Origin: Nitrospirota bacterium
GTDB lineage: Bacteria > Nitrospirota > UBA9217
Assembly (NCBI GenBank): GCA_963845065.1
Contig: CAWJQQ010000001.1
Location: 1,216,001 to 1,280,000, forward strand
Length of the DNA: 64,000 nt
Direction: 5' to 3'
The notes beneath the pieces were generated by a model. The model ran no database searches, was not told the DNA's origin, and saw only the letters and a program-made list of their open reading frames with translations. Made by a program: the position numbers and the translations under genes. This document shows positions 56,264 to 64,000 of this stretch, in pieces; position 1 is the first letter of the stretch, and each line of letters starts with the position of its first letter.

Positions 56264-56920
56264 ATGGAACATCGCATATCACAAAAACATACAGCCGGCC
56301 GCCGCCCTAAAGCGGGACGCTCAGATGGCGATACGCGCGTTGAAATACTTACCGCTGCGCGTCGAGTGTTCGCACAACGCGGCTTCGATGGAACCACGGT
56401 TCGAGAGGTTGCGCATGCAGCGAGGGTGAACAACGCGATGATCTATTACCATTTCAAGGATAAAGGTGCTCTCTATCGTGCCGTTCTGAGCGACTCATTT
56501 TCAACACTTATTGATATCTGGAACGACCCTGTTTTTACCTCAAAAACATCGGTACGCCGAAAAATCGAAAAGTATGTTGAAAGCTTCATACATTTCCAAA
56601 TAGGTAATGAGGACCTGCGCAGAATCATGGCCATGGAATTTGCAGGAAACAGTGGAAACATAACCTGGATCTGTGATCAGTATTTTGCAGACAATTATGC
56701 CCACCTTGTAGCGTTGCTGAAAGAAGGGATGAAGAGGGGCGAACTAAAAAAATTCGAACCCTCACTGGCTGTTACCTCGTTAATTGGGGTTATTATCCAC
56801 AATTTCATTTTGCAGCCTATGGCGGAACACGTACATGGAAAATGCATGAATCTGTCTTCGAAAAAATTTGGGGCGTTTGTGACGGATCTCTTTTTCAGCG
56901 GACTGGCACTCGTTAAATGA
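56264..56920 (+). CDS. TetR/AcrR-family transcriptional regulator
   Basis: ILTAARRVFAQRGFDGTTVREVA…VNNAMIYYHFKDKGALY. Confidence 0.95.
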   Translation: MEHRISQKHTAGRRPKAGRSDGDTRVEILTAARRVFAQRGFDGTTVREVAHAARVNNAMIYYHFKDKGALYRAVLSDSFSTLIDIWNDPVFTSKTSVRRKIEKYVESFIHFQIGNEDLRRIMAMEFAGNSGNITWICDQYFADNYAHLVALLKEGMKRGELKKFEPSLAVTSLIGVIIHNFILQPMAEHVHGKCMNLSSKKFGAFVTDLFFSGLALVK

Positions 56921-57058
56921 GAAAGAATAAAGCTCGCACCACATATTATTAGGTTTTCCAATCATGAAAATATTGCATCCTTTTATTGCTATGCTGACAT
57001 GCACCGGATCGGCCGTACAAGCGCAGATCGTGGATTCGGTCTGCCTGATGGGGTGTGT

Positions 57059-57260
57059 TCGATCGTCACGATAGACGCAGCAATCGTACTTGGTTTGATG
57101 TCAAAGCTTTGAAGCCGGAGAAGGCGCGAAATGCAGCGCCGTAATGACCATTGTAATGATCGGTGGCTAGCTCGCCTAGAAGCTGCTGGCTTTCGTGGTT
57201 ATCACTGTCGTGTATATGCTCGTGGATGACCAGAAGAACTATTTAGAAAGTAAGGAGTAA
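57059..57260 (+). pseudogene. Decayed C-terminal fragment of an AcrB/RND permease
   Basis: Reads IVTIDAAIVLGLM, frameshift, AGEGAKCSAVMTIVMIGG*LA*KLLAFVVITVVYMLVDDQK, matching the RND TM11-TM12 pattern (…GxGAE…MAI.VIGGL..STLL.L.V.PV.Y). TAG at 57168 and 57177. Confidence 0.65.
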
Positions 57261-57383
57261 AGGAACAGGTAACCACAGATGAATGTGGGGAAAAAATATC
57301 TTTCTGTGTTTCTTTTTAAGAAATAAAAATCTAGATTGATGCTTATTCTTGACATCAGTGGTTACACTCAGTGATATCCCAAT

Positions 57384-58202
57384 ATGCTTAAACTCGGCCA
57401 TATCCTCTACTCGAATTGTTTCCCTCCACATTCCGGAATTGTCTTACAGAAGGTCGTTTTCCCCTTCAAATTGGTAGAAGGTATTCCGACACAATTGAAC
57501 CGCATGCTTTCCGAAGGTACGATTGATGTGTCACCCTCATCTTCCATTGAGTATGCTGTAAACAAGGGACGCTATACTCTGCTGCCGGACCTTTCCATTA
57601 CCTCAAAAAATAAAGTTATGAGCATCCTCTTGGAGAGCAAAGTCCCCATTGAGGAACTTGCCAATAAGATTGTCGCATTAACCACGGCGTCTGCCACATC
57701 GGTCGTGCTACTCCGCATTCTTCTCGAAATACAGTACGCTGTGAACCCCAGGTATATACTCTTTGATCAGGGCGCCGAAGACCCTTCACAAAGAGCAGAC
57801 GCAATGCTCACAATCGGTGATTTGGCAATTCAGAGGGCTGCGGTATCAATCTATCCTCATTGCTATGACCTTGGTGAACTCTGGCACAAATTTACGGGAC
57901 TCCCTTTTGTATTTGCGCTCTGGCAGGTAAATGACAGAAAAAAAATACACAATGACCTTGCACGGTTGTATGATATTATTATGGAGTCAAGAACTTATGG
58001 GCTGACCCACCTCAAGGAAATAGCCGAAACGAGCACGGGGCGGTTTAATATCCCAGCCGCTGTACTCTTAAAGTATTGGAATTTATTTAGTTACAGGTTC
58101 GGTGAAGAAGAGCAAAATGGATTGTTGACATATTATGGATATGCAGCTGAGCTTGGGGCAATAGAGACGGAGAATGACCTGCGCTTCTGGACGAGGGATT
58201 GA
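57384..58202 (+). CDS. mqnA: Chorismate dehydratase (futalosine menaquinone pathway)
   Basis: LGHILYSNCFP, PTQLN, SSIEY, VMSILL, SATSV, TIGDLA, YDLGELW…TGLPFVFALW. Confidence 0.92.
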   Translation: MLKLGHILYSNCFPPHSGIVLQKVVFPFKLVEGIPTQLNRMLSEGTIDVSPSSSIEYAVNKGRYTLLPDLSITSKNKVMSILLESKVPIEELANKIVALTTASATSVVLLRILLEIQYAVNPRYILFDQGAEDPSQRADAMLTIGDLAIQRAAVSIYPHCYDLGELWHKFTGLPFVFALWQVNDRKKIHNDLARLYDIIMESRTYGLTHLKEIAETSTGRFNIPAAVLLKYWNLFSYRFGEEEQNGLLTYYGYAAELGAIETENDLRFWTRD

Positions 58203-58225
58203 GAGGAGCTCAAGTAGATACTATC

Positions 58226-59212
58226 ATGTCGGTTTCTCATATTAATTCAAGTGCACACGATCATGAGCATAACCATGATCACGACCATGCTCATGTCCAC
58301 GAGAATCTCCGCGTAACCACGGGCGGGCAGCGGGACCTCTTGATCGCTTTGTCAATCACGATACTGATGATGATCGTCGAGGTCGTCGGCGGTCTTTTAT
58401 CGAACAGCCTTGCACTCTTATCCGATGCTGGCCATATGTTTACAGACAACCTCGCATTGCTGCTTTCCTTTTTTGCTATGAAGTTTGCCACTAGACCGGC
58501 GACAGAAAAAAAGACCTTTGGTTTTTACCGGCTTGAAATTCTTGCTGCTTTGCTGAATGGCATTGTGCTCGTCCTTATCTCGATCTACATCATGTACCAG
58601 GCATACTTGAGAATGATTCATCCGCAGCCGGTTGAAGGGCAACTGATGCTGATCGTAGCAATCATCGGCCTGGTTGCAAACGTGGCTGGAGCTTTTATCC
58701 TCTTTAAACACAGCCATGCCAGCCTGAATATCAGGGGTGCGTACCTGCATATCGTTGGAGACGCTCTTTCATCAATTGGCGTTGTGATCGGCGGCATCAT
58801 AATTATCTATGCCGGTTGGTACCTGATCGACCCAATCCTTAGTATCGTTATTTCCATGATCATCATTTATGGATCATGGTCTCTGGTCAGGGAATCGGTC
58901 AATATCCTTCTGGAGTCGGTGCCGTCCCATATCGACATCGATACAGTCACCGCCGAGTTAGAACAAGTAAAGGGCGTCCGCGAAGCATACCACATCCATA
59001 TCTGGGCCATAACTTCCGGTGTTTATTCCATGAGCGCCCACGTGCTGATCGACGATCAGCTGATAAGCGGGTGCAGGAATATTATTGATGAGATCCGGGA
59101 ACTATTGTCGAAGAAATTCAAAATACTCCATAGTACTATCCAGATTGAATGCGATCGGTGCAACATTGGCCCGGTGTGTAGTCTTCCGACTGATTCACGG
59201 AAAGAACAATGA
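58226..59212 (+). CDS. Cation diffusion facilitator (CzcD/ZitB-like) with His-rich N-terminus
   Basis: HDHEHNHDHDHAH, SLALLSDAGHM.TD, TFGFYRLEILAA, NIRGAYLHIVGD, HIHIWAI, HSTIQIE. Confidence 0.93.
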   Translation: MSVSHINSSAHDHEHNHDHDHAHVHENLRVTTGGQRDLLIALSITILMMIVEVVGGLLSNSLALLSDAGHMFTDNLALLLSFFAMKFATRPATEKKTFGFYRLEILAALLNGIVLVLISIYIMYQAYLRMIHPQPVEGQLMLIVAIIGLVANVAGAFILFKHSHASLNIRGAYLHIVGDALSSIGVVIGGIIIIYAGWYLIDPILSIVISMIIIYGSWSLVRESVNILLESVPSHIDIDTVTAELEQVKGVREAYHIHIWAITSGVYSMSAHVLIDDQLISGCRNIIDEIRELLSKKFKILHSTIQIECDRCNIGPVCSLPTDSRKEQ

Positions 59213-59242
59213 TACTGCTGTTTGAATGGATCGAAAGGGCCG

Positions 59243-59827
59243 ATGAAATACATAGGGCGTAAGATCTATCACATTCTGGGTGGCATGGGACTTTTGTCGC
59301 TCTATTTTGTTTTCAATAGAAACACGGCCTTTACCGTCTACGGTGTCCTTATCGTTGTCGTCCTGATGTTCGAGATTGTCCGGATCAGACGTCCTGTTTG
59401 GAATAATTATATCTATACCCACCTAGGCGGCGTTATTCGTGCAAATGAAGAGCAGAAAATGACCGGCACGGTGCCCTATATACTAGGCGTCGGCTTATCA
59501 CTCTACGCCTATTCAACACCCGTTGCTACAGCTGCAATTTGTTTTCTGGCCTTTGGCGATGTCGCTGCTACGACGATCGGTGAACGCTACGGGAAGACGA
59601 AAATCGGAGGTAAAAGTCTTGAAGGTACGGCAGCATTCATTGTTGCTTCACTTTTAGTAGGTTTTCTCTTGCCCGTCGTCGGATTAAAACTCGCATCATG
59701 GGTGATGGTACTTGGCGCTCTGGCAGCTGCCTGTATTGAACTGCTACCGATTTCTCTGAACGATAATCTAATAATCCCAATCATGTCCGGCGCAGTTATG
59801 GCACTTGCTAGCACGTGGGCCAATTGA
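59243..59827 (+). CDS. SEC59/DGK1/VTE5-family CTP-dependent polyprenol/diacylglycerol kinase-like membrane protein
   Basis: RKIYH, LAFGDVAATTIGERYG, KSLEGT, NDNLIIP. Confidence 0.8.
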   Translation: MKYIGRKIYHILGGMGLLSLYFVFNRNTAFTVYGVLIVVVLMFEIVRIRRPVWNNYIYTHLGGVIRANEEQKMTGTVPYILGVGLSLYAYSTPVATAAICFLAFGDVAATTIGERYGKTKIGGKSLEGTAAFIVASLLVGFLLPVVGLKLASWVMVLGALAAACIELLPISLNDNLIIPIMSGAVMALASTWAN

Positions 59828-59873
59828 CAAGATACGAATCAGTTCCCCGACTATTACTCCGATGGCTGCAGGT

Positions 59874-61196
59874 ATGTCAGAAAATAAATGGTCAGTTATG
59901 CGTTTTTTTGCTTTCATAAGCATGCTGTTGATAAGTATGCTTGTTCCTGCTTTTGCCGGGACAATGCTCACGCTCAATGACTGCATCGAAAACGCACTTG
60001 CCAATCACCCTTCCATCCGGGCTGCGCAGGCATCCTTAAACGCTGGGCAGGGAAGGGTCATTCAGGCGGCGTCACCTTATCTGCCCCAGCTTACCGCGAG
60101 CACGGGTTACTCTGATAGCCATCAACTGGGAGGTGCTTTTGGAGAAACTATCACGAAAAGCTACACGACCACACTGTCCTTAAATCAAATGCTGTACGAT
60201 TTCGGCAGGACTGGCAATGCTCTTGACGCGGCGCGATTCGGGACACAATCAGCTGAAAGGGACATCGACCGCGTTGTCCAGGAAGTAGTGCTCAATGTCA
60301 AACAGGCTTATTATGCCTTACTCCAGGCTAAGAAACTGGTAAGTGTTGCCAAGCAAACGCTAGAGCAGACCAAAAGCCACATGAATCAAGCAGAAGCCTT
60401 TTTTCGGGCAGGTTCCAAGCCGAGATACGATGTTACCCGCGCCGAGGTCGATGTAAACAGCGCGAAGCTCGGCTTAATAAATGCGGAGAATGCCGTTCGC
60501 TTGAACACCATATCCCTCTACAATGCAATGGGTCTAGATCCGGTCCGCGATGTTGAGATTGAGGATGTACTTTCTCAGCCGTCTACACTCCCTTCTCTCG
60601 ACGAGGCGCAGACTGCAGCGCTAAAAAATCGTCCAGAAATGCTGAAAGCGGAAATAGATATTCAGGCTGCACAGTCCCAAATAAAGACAGAACAATCAAA
60701 CTATCTGCCAACGCTTTCAGCAAACGGCGCCTACAACTGGACGCATGGTACCGTACAAGCAGGTTCTTTCGAGGGCATCCCTCTCGTAGGCGAGATTCAG
60801 GATAGCTGGAACGCGGGCGTGATGCTTTCGATGCCTCTTTTTGATGGCAGGCTCACCAACGGTCGGGTAAGCGAGGCACGGGCGAATAAACATTCATTTG
60901 AAGCGCAGCGAGATAGCCTCAGACAGTCTATACTTCTCGAAGTAAACCAGTCATACGCTGACATGGAAAGCGCAGCTGCGAGGATAGCAGTGATGGAGAG
61001 CTCCCTCAAAAGCGCACAGGAGAGCTTGGACCTGGCTGAAGGCAGATATCGGGAAGGTGTCGGCCCTTCGATCGAAGTGACAGATGCACAAGTAGCTGAT
61101 GCGAAAGCGAAGAGTGATTATGTACAGGCTCTCTATGACTATCAGCTCGCGGCCGCAAAACTTGCGAAGGCCATGGGAAATGGATTGGAGCGGTGA
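59874..61196 (+). CDS. TolC-family outer membrane channel
   Basis: LTLNDCIENALANHP, YLPQL, QMLYDFG, VKQAYY, NRPE, SMPLFDG, RYREG. Start uncertain (59874 or 59898). Confidence 0.93.
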   Translation: MSENKWSVMRFFAFISMLLISMLVPAFAGTMLTLNDCIENALANHPSIRAAQASLNAGQGRVIQAASPYLPQLTASTGYSDSHQLGGAFGETITKSYTTTLSLNQMLYDFGRTGNALDAARFGTQSAERDIDRVVQEVVLNVKQAYYALLQAKKLVSVAKQTLEQTKSHMNQAEAFFRAGSKPRYDVTRAEVDVNSAKLGLINAENAVRLNTISLYNAMGLDPVRDVEIEDVLSQPSTLPSLDEAQTAALKNRPEMLKAEIDIQAAQSQIKTEQSNYLPTLSANGAYNWTHGTVQAGSFEGIPLVGEIQDSWNAGVMLSMPLFDGRLTNGRVSEARANKHSFEAQRDSLRQSILLEVNQSYADMESAAARIAVMESSLKSAQESLDLAEGRYREGVGPSIEVTDAQVADAKAKSDYVQALYDYQLAAAKLAKAMGNGLER

Positions 61197-61298
61197 TTCG
61201 AATTAAATTTACGAGTTGCTAAGGGCGTAGCAACGAGTTCGATAAAGTTTAATTTGGGAAAAACCGAACTAGATCAGCTAGTTTAAACGAGGCGCACC

Positions 61299-61757
61299 AT
61301 GCCCGTGAAGGAAGTTGTGTTTACTGTTAAGTTGCCGATAAGAAGCGTCTAGTTATTTATGAATGATCGTCCCGAAGTGGGCTGTTTGTTTCCGGGATGC
61401 ATGGGCGTCGATATCCTAAACGATCTCGATTCGATCTGGGTGGTAAAAATGTCGCTGGGGCCCTTTTCACGGACCATCGAGATTCATGCCCATACCACGG
61501 AGATCATAGAAAACCAAAAGCTGGCATGGACTGCGGCGCATGAACACCTTATAACGTCAGGAATCGCTAGTTTTCGTAAGATATCCGATAATGAAACCGA
61601 ATTAACGTACCGCCTGGAAGGGCATGTTACGGGACGTTTAGGTTTTCTGCAGGAAATTATTGTTGCAGAAAAATTGGGAGAGGTGACGAGAGCTTTCATG
61701 AAAAATATTAAAGAGCGGCTTGAAGATGGGGCGGATAACAAATCAAAGGAATTATGA
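61299..61757 (+). pseudogene. SRPBCC/CoxG-like (START-fold) protein interrupted by an in-frame amber stop
   Basis: ATG 61299 with GAGG RBS reads MPVKEVVFTVKLPIRSV*LFMNDRPEVGCLFPGC. TAG 61350-61352 sits where CoxG-like proteins have the conserved Trp (VW.F..D…PG). Confidence 0.65.
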
Positions 61758-61758
61758 A

Positions 61759-62859
61759 ATGGCGATAGTTTCCACGGTTCTTAAAAGTAAGATAAGCTGG
61801 GCCGTTGCAGCCGCTGTAGTTGTGGCCGCTTTCGCCGTTATAGCCAGCAGCAAACCAGTCATGGTCAGGATAGTTAAACTCAAAATGGGCGAACTACGCG
61901 TCATCGTAAACGCGACGACAACATCCACGGTAAAGTCGGAAACTGAAGTCACTCTCTCAGCTCAAGAGACAGGCAGGGTGGTAAAACTACCGGTGAAGGA
62001 AGGGGACACGGTCAAAACAGGAGCTTTGATAGCGCAGCTCGATCTAACTGAGGAATCCGTACAGACCGAAAGCGTGCTCGGTCAAAGCAAAGCAACGTAC
62101 CAGGAAGCGGATAAAAATCTGAAACGCATGCAGGGCCTGTTCGACAAAGGAATGATTGCACAGCAGGACCTTGATACTGTAAGGCGGACCTACGAGGTCG
62201 CGAAAACGCAGTATGATGCAGCCCGGGAAGACGATAAGGTAAAGAAGGATTATTCCGTTATCAGGGCGCCTTTCGACGGCGTGATTTCGAAGAAATACAC
62301 CGAAGTAGGCGAGCTCTTGATGCCGGGTAAACAAATCGTTACGATCGTTAATCCCAGACTTATTTACGTCCTCGCAACGATAGATGAGGTTGACGTAGGC
62401 AGGCTCCGTATTTCGCAGCCGGTTTCGATCACCGTAGATGCTTTCCCCGGAGAAAAATTTCAAGGGACCATTAAACGCATTTCCCCGATTGTGAGTGGCG
62501 GCAAACTTGAGACCCGTACTGCGGACGTATGGATATACTTCAACGAGAAACAACCAAGGATCAAGCCGGGGATGTCGGCGGACGTGGAAATTCTTGTGGC
62601 GACTCTTCAAAATGTTCTATCTGTCCCTTCCCAGGCAGTCATCGAGCGGGATGGGAAAAAACAAGTCTTCATGGCCGATGGAAGCTCACTGAAACCGGGC
62701 GCAAGTGCCGTCGCGAGACTACGTCCTGTTCAAATAGGCGAGACCAACTGGAGTAATACTCAGATTACCGACGGCCTTAAGCCTGGCGATTACGTTATCA
62801 CGACGCCGGAAGCCGTGGGATTGAAAGACGGCGCGAAGGTCAAAATAGAGCAAGAATAA
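61759..62859 (+). CDS. Efflux periplasmic adaptor (MacA-like membrane fusion protein)
   Basis: GRVVKLPVKEGDTVKTG, IRAPFDGVI, IDEVDV, IKPGMSADV, VPSQAV, GLKPGDYV. Start taken at ATG 61759. Confidence 0.92.
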   Translation: MAIVSTVLKSKISWAVAAAVVVAAFAVIASSKPVMVRIVKLKMGELRVIVNATTTSTVKSETEVTLSAQETGRVVKLPVKEGDTVKTGALIAQLDLTEESVQTESVLGQSKATYQEADKNLKRMQGLFDKGMIAQQDLDTVRRTYEVAKTQYDAAREDDKVKKDYSVIRAPFDGVISKKYTEVGELLMPGKQIVTIVNPRLIYVLATIDEVDVGRLRISQPVSITVDAFPGEKFQGTIKRISPIVSGGKLETRTADVWIYFNEKQPRIKPGMSADVEILVATLQNVLSVPSQAVIERDGKKQVFMADGSSLKPGASAVARLRPVQIGETNWSNTQITDGLKPGDYVITTPEAVGLKDGAKVKIEQE

Positions 62860-63327
62860 TCGGTAAAGAGCATAGATTCTAAACGCGTTTTGGTATTTTC
62901 CGACGCTTTAGCAGCAAAAAAGGCCTTGGTTTTAGATTTTGGGATGAATTGCGGTACCGTTAACGTTTTCTATCATCGCGGTATATGTATCGTACTCTCT
63001 TTGGAAGCCAACGATATGAGGTTCCAGTGACCAAGTTATCGGGTAAAAATATTTTTCTGTCTTCGACATTGCCGAACTGATTCAGTCTGGCCGGATGATT
63101 GCCTGTTCCTAGAACGGTCGGTGTCGATATTGCAATGGCAAGCGACAAATGATCAGATTCTTTTCTAAAGACTTTGGCCTGCGGGCTTGAGACAGAGTTG
63201 TTTGCCCGTTCAAAACGGATCAATGACCGTTTGCCTTTACTACCATTAGAACCTTTTGCCTTCAGGCATGGAGTAGGTAAGCCCTACTTTGCACTATATA
63301 AATGATATTCCGTATTGACCTTTGTTC

Positions 63328-64000
63328 ATGATAAATCTCTCCAATATAACAAAAACTTACCATATGGGCGAGTTGGATATCACCGTCTTAGCAGGTATAA
63401 CTCTTAGTATCAAACCGGGTGAACTCATTGCAGTTATGGGGCCATCTGGTTCGGGAAAATCGACGCTCATGAACATAATCGGCTGCCTCGACAGGCCGAC
63501 AAGCGGGGTCTATCATTTCGAGGACCGGGAAATCAGCACTTTATCCGACGATGAACTCGCTTCGGTAAGAAATGTCAAGATCGGATTTGTATTCCAAACA
63601 TTTAATTTGCTGCCGCGGCTCTCAGCCCTGAAAAACGTCGAGGTTCCTCTCATTTATAGCGGAGTGCCTGCTCGTACCAGGAAGGAACGGGCTGCGCCGA
63701 TGCTTGAGCGGGTTGGTCTAGCCGAACGCATGTATCATAAGCCCACGGAACTTTCAGGAGGGCAGCAGCAAAGAGTTGCTATTGCTCGCGCTCTCGTGAA
63801 TAACCCCCCTCTTCTTCTCGCTGATGAACCTACGGGCAATCTGGACAGCCGTTCCGGCGAGGAAATCCTGAATATTCTAACGGAGCTTAATAAACAAGGG
63901 GTTACGGTCGTCATTGTCACCCACGACCAGAACGTGGCAGGCCGGTGCAAAAGGAATATTCATTTGAAGGATGGACAGATTATAGAAGACCAGGTGGTTT
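63328..64000 (+). CDS. MacB/LolD-like ABC ATP-binding protein (reaches window end)
   Basis: Not in the ORF track. MINLSNITKTYHMG…MGPSGSGKSTLMNIIGCLD…IGFVFQTFNLL…LSGGQQQRVAIARAL…ADEPTGNLD…VTHD. Confidence 0.93.
   Translation, partial: MINLSNITKTYHMGELDITVLAGITLSIKPGELIAVMGPSGSGKSTLMNIIGCLDRPTSGVYHFEDREISTLSDDELASVRNVKIGFVFQTFNLLPRLSALKNVEVPLIYSGVPARTRKERAAPMLERVGLAERMYHKPTELSGGQQQRVAIARALVNNPPLLLADEPTGNLDSRSGEEILNILTELNKQGVTVVIVTHDQNVAGRCKRNIHLKDGQIIEDQVV

Noticed and set aside
57168..61352. Amber recoding (pyrrolysine or alternative code) to explain in-frame TAGs at 57168, 57177 and 61350
   Set aside because: TAG terminates many intact genes here (e.g. pdxJ, nnr, rplI, pilY1) and the RND remnant also has a frameshift; no pyl genes are in the window.
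62860..63327. 468-nt gap between macA and the ABC ATPase with an 87-aa minus-strand ORF
   Set aside because: TTG start, no RBS and no recognisable motif; possibly degraded sequence, but not supportable as a gene.

Overview
A 64-kb, gene-dense chromosomal window from a Gram-negative bacterium. The gene set (futalosine-pathway mqnA, cbb3 oxidase, sigma-54 type IV pilus operon, tupBC) suggests a Nitrospirota/Desulfobacterota-like organism; this is inference, not a database result. In order, the window holds: the start of a minus-strand surface-polysaccharide locus (regulator, fcl, wzx, methyltransferase); a patatin-GDPD-glpD lipid catabolism trio; housekeeping genes (pdxJ, acpS, nnr, tsaE, nadK, udg, mutS, rplI); dnaB with a 422-aa LAGLIDADG intein and a 4-Cys insert; three tandem TPR+cNMP-binding modules in two genes; amrB; a sigma-54 pilV-W-X-Y1-fimT operon with a repeat-bearing PilY1; an extracellular-domain/ICMT fusion; tupBC; maf; a pseudo-receiver LuxR regulator followed by a candidate stand-alone structured RNA; an M48 peptidase; an RsbU/RsbW/STAS partner-switch module abutting mlaEFD; hisS, pgm, eno, rfaE2; rrf2-ccoNOQP-ccoG-ccoS (ccoQ and ccoS are absent from the ORF track); tetR with a palindromic operator and a decayed RND remnant; mqnA; a CDF transporter; a polyprenol-kinase-like gene; and a TolC-SRPBCC(amber-interrupted)-MacA-MacB export cluster running off the end. 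Many genes look leaderless. I saw no rRNA, tRNA, CRISPR array or transposase. The best candidates for an undescribed system are the partner-switch module coupled to the Mla/Mce transporter, the unexplained ~240-nt RNA, and the cNMP-TPR/pilus accessory region. All product calls come from recognising motifs by eye.
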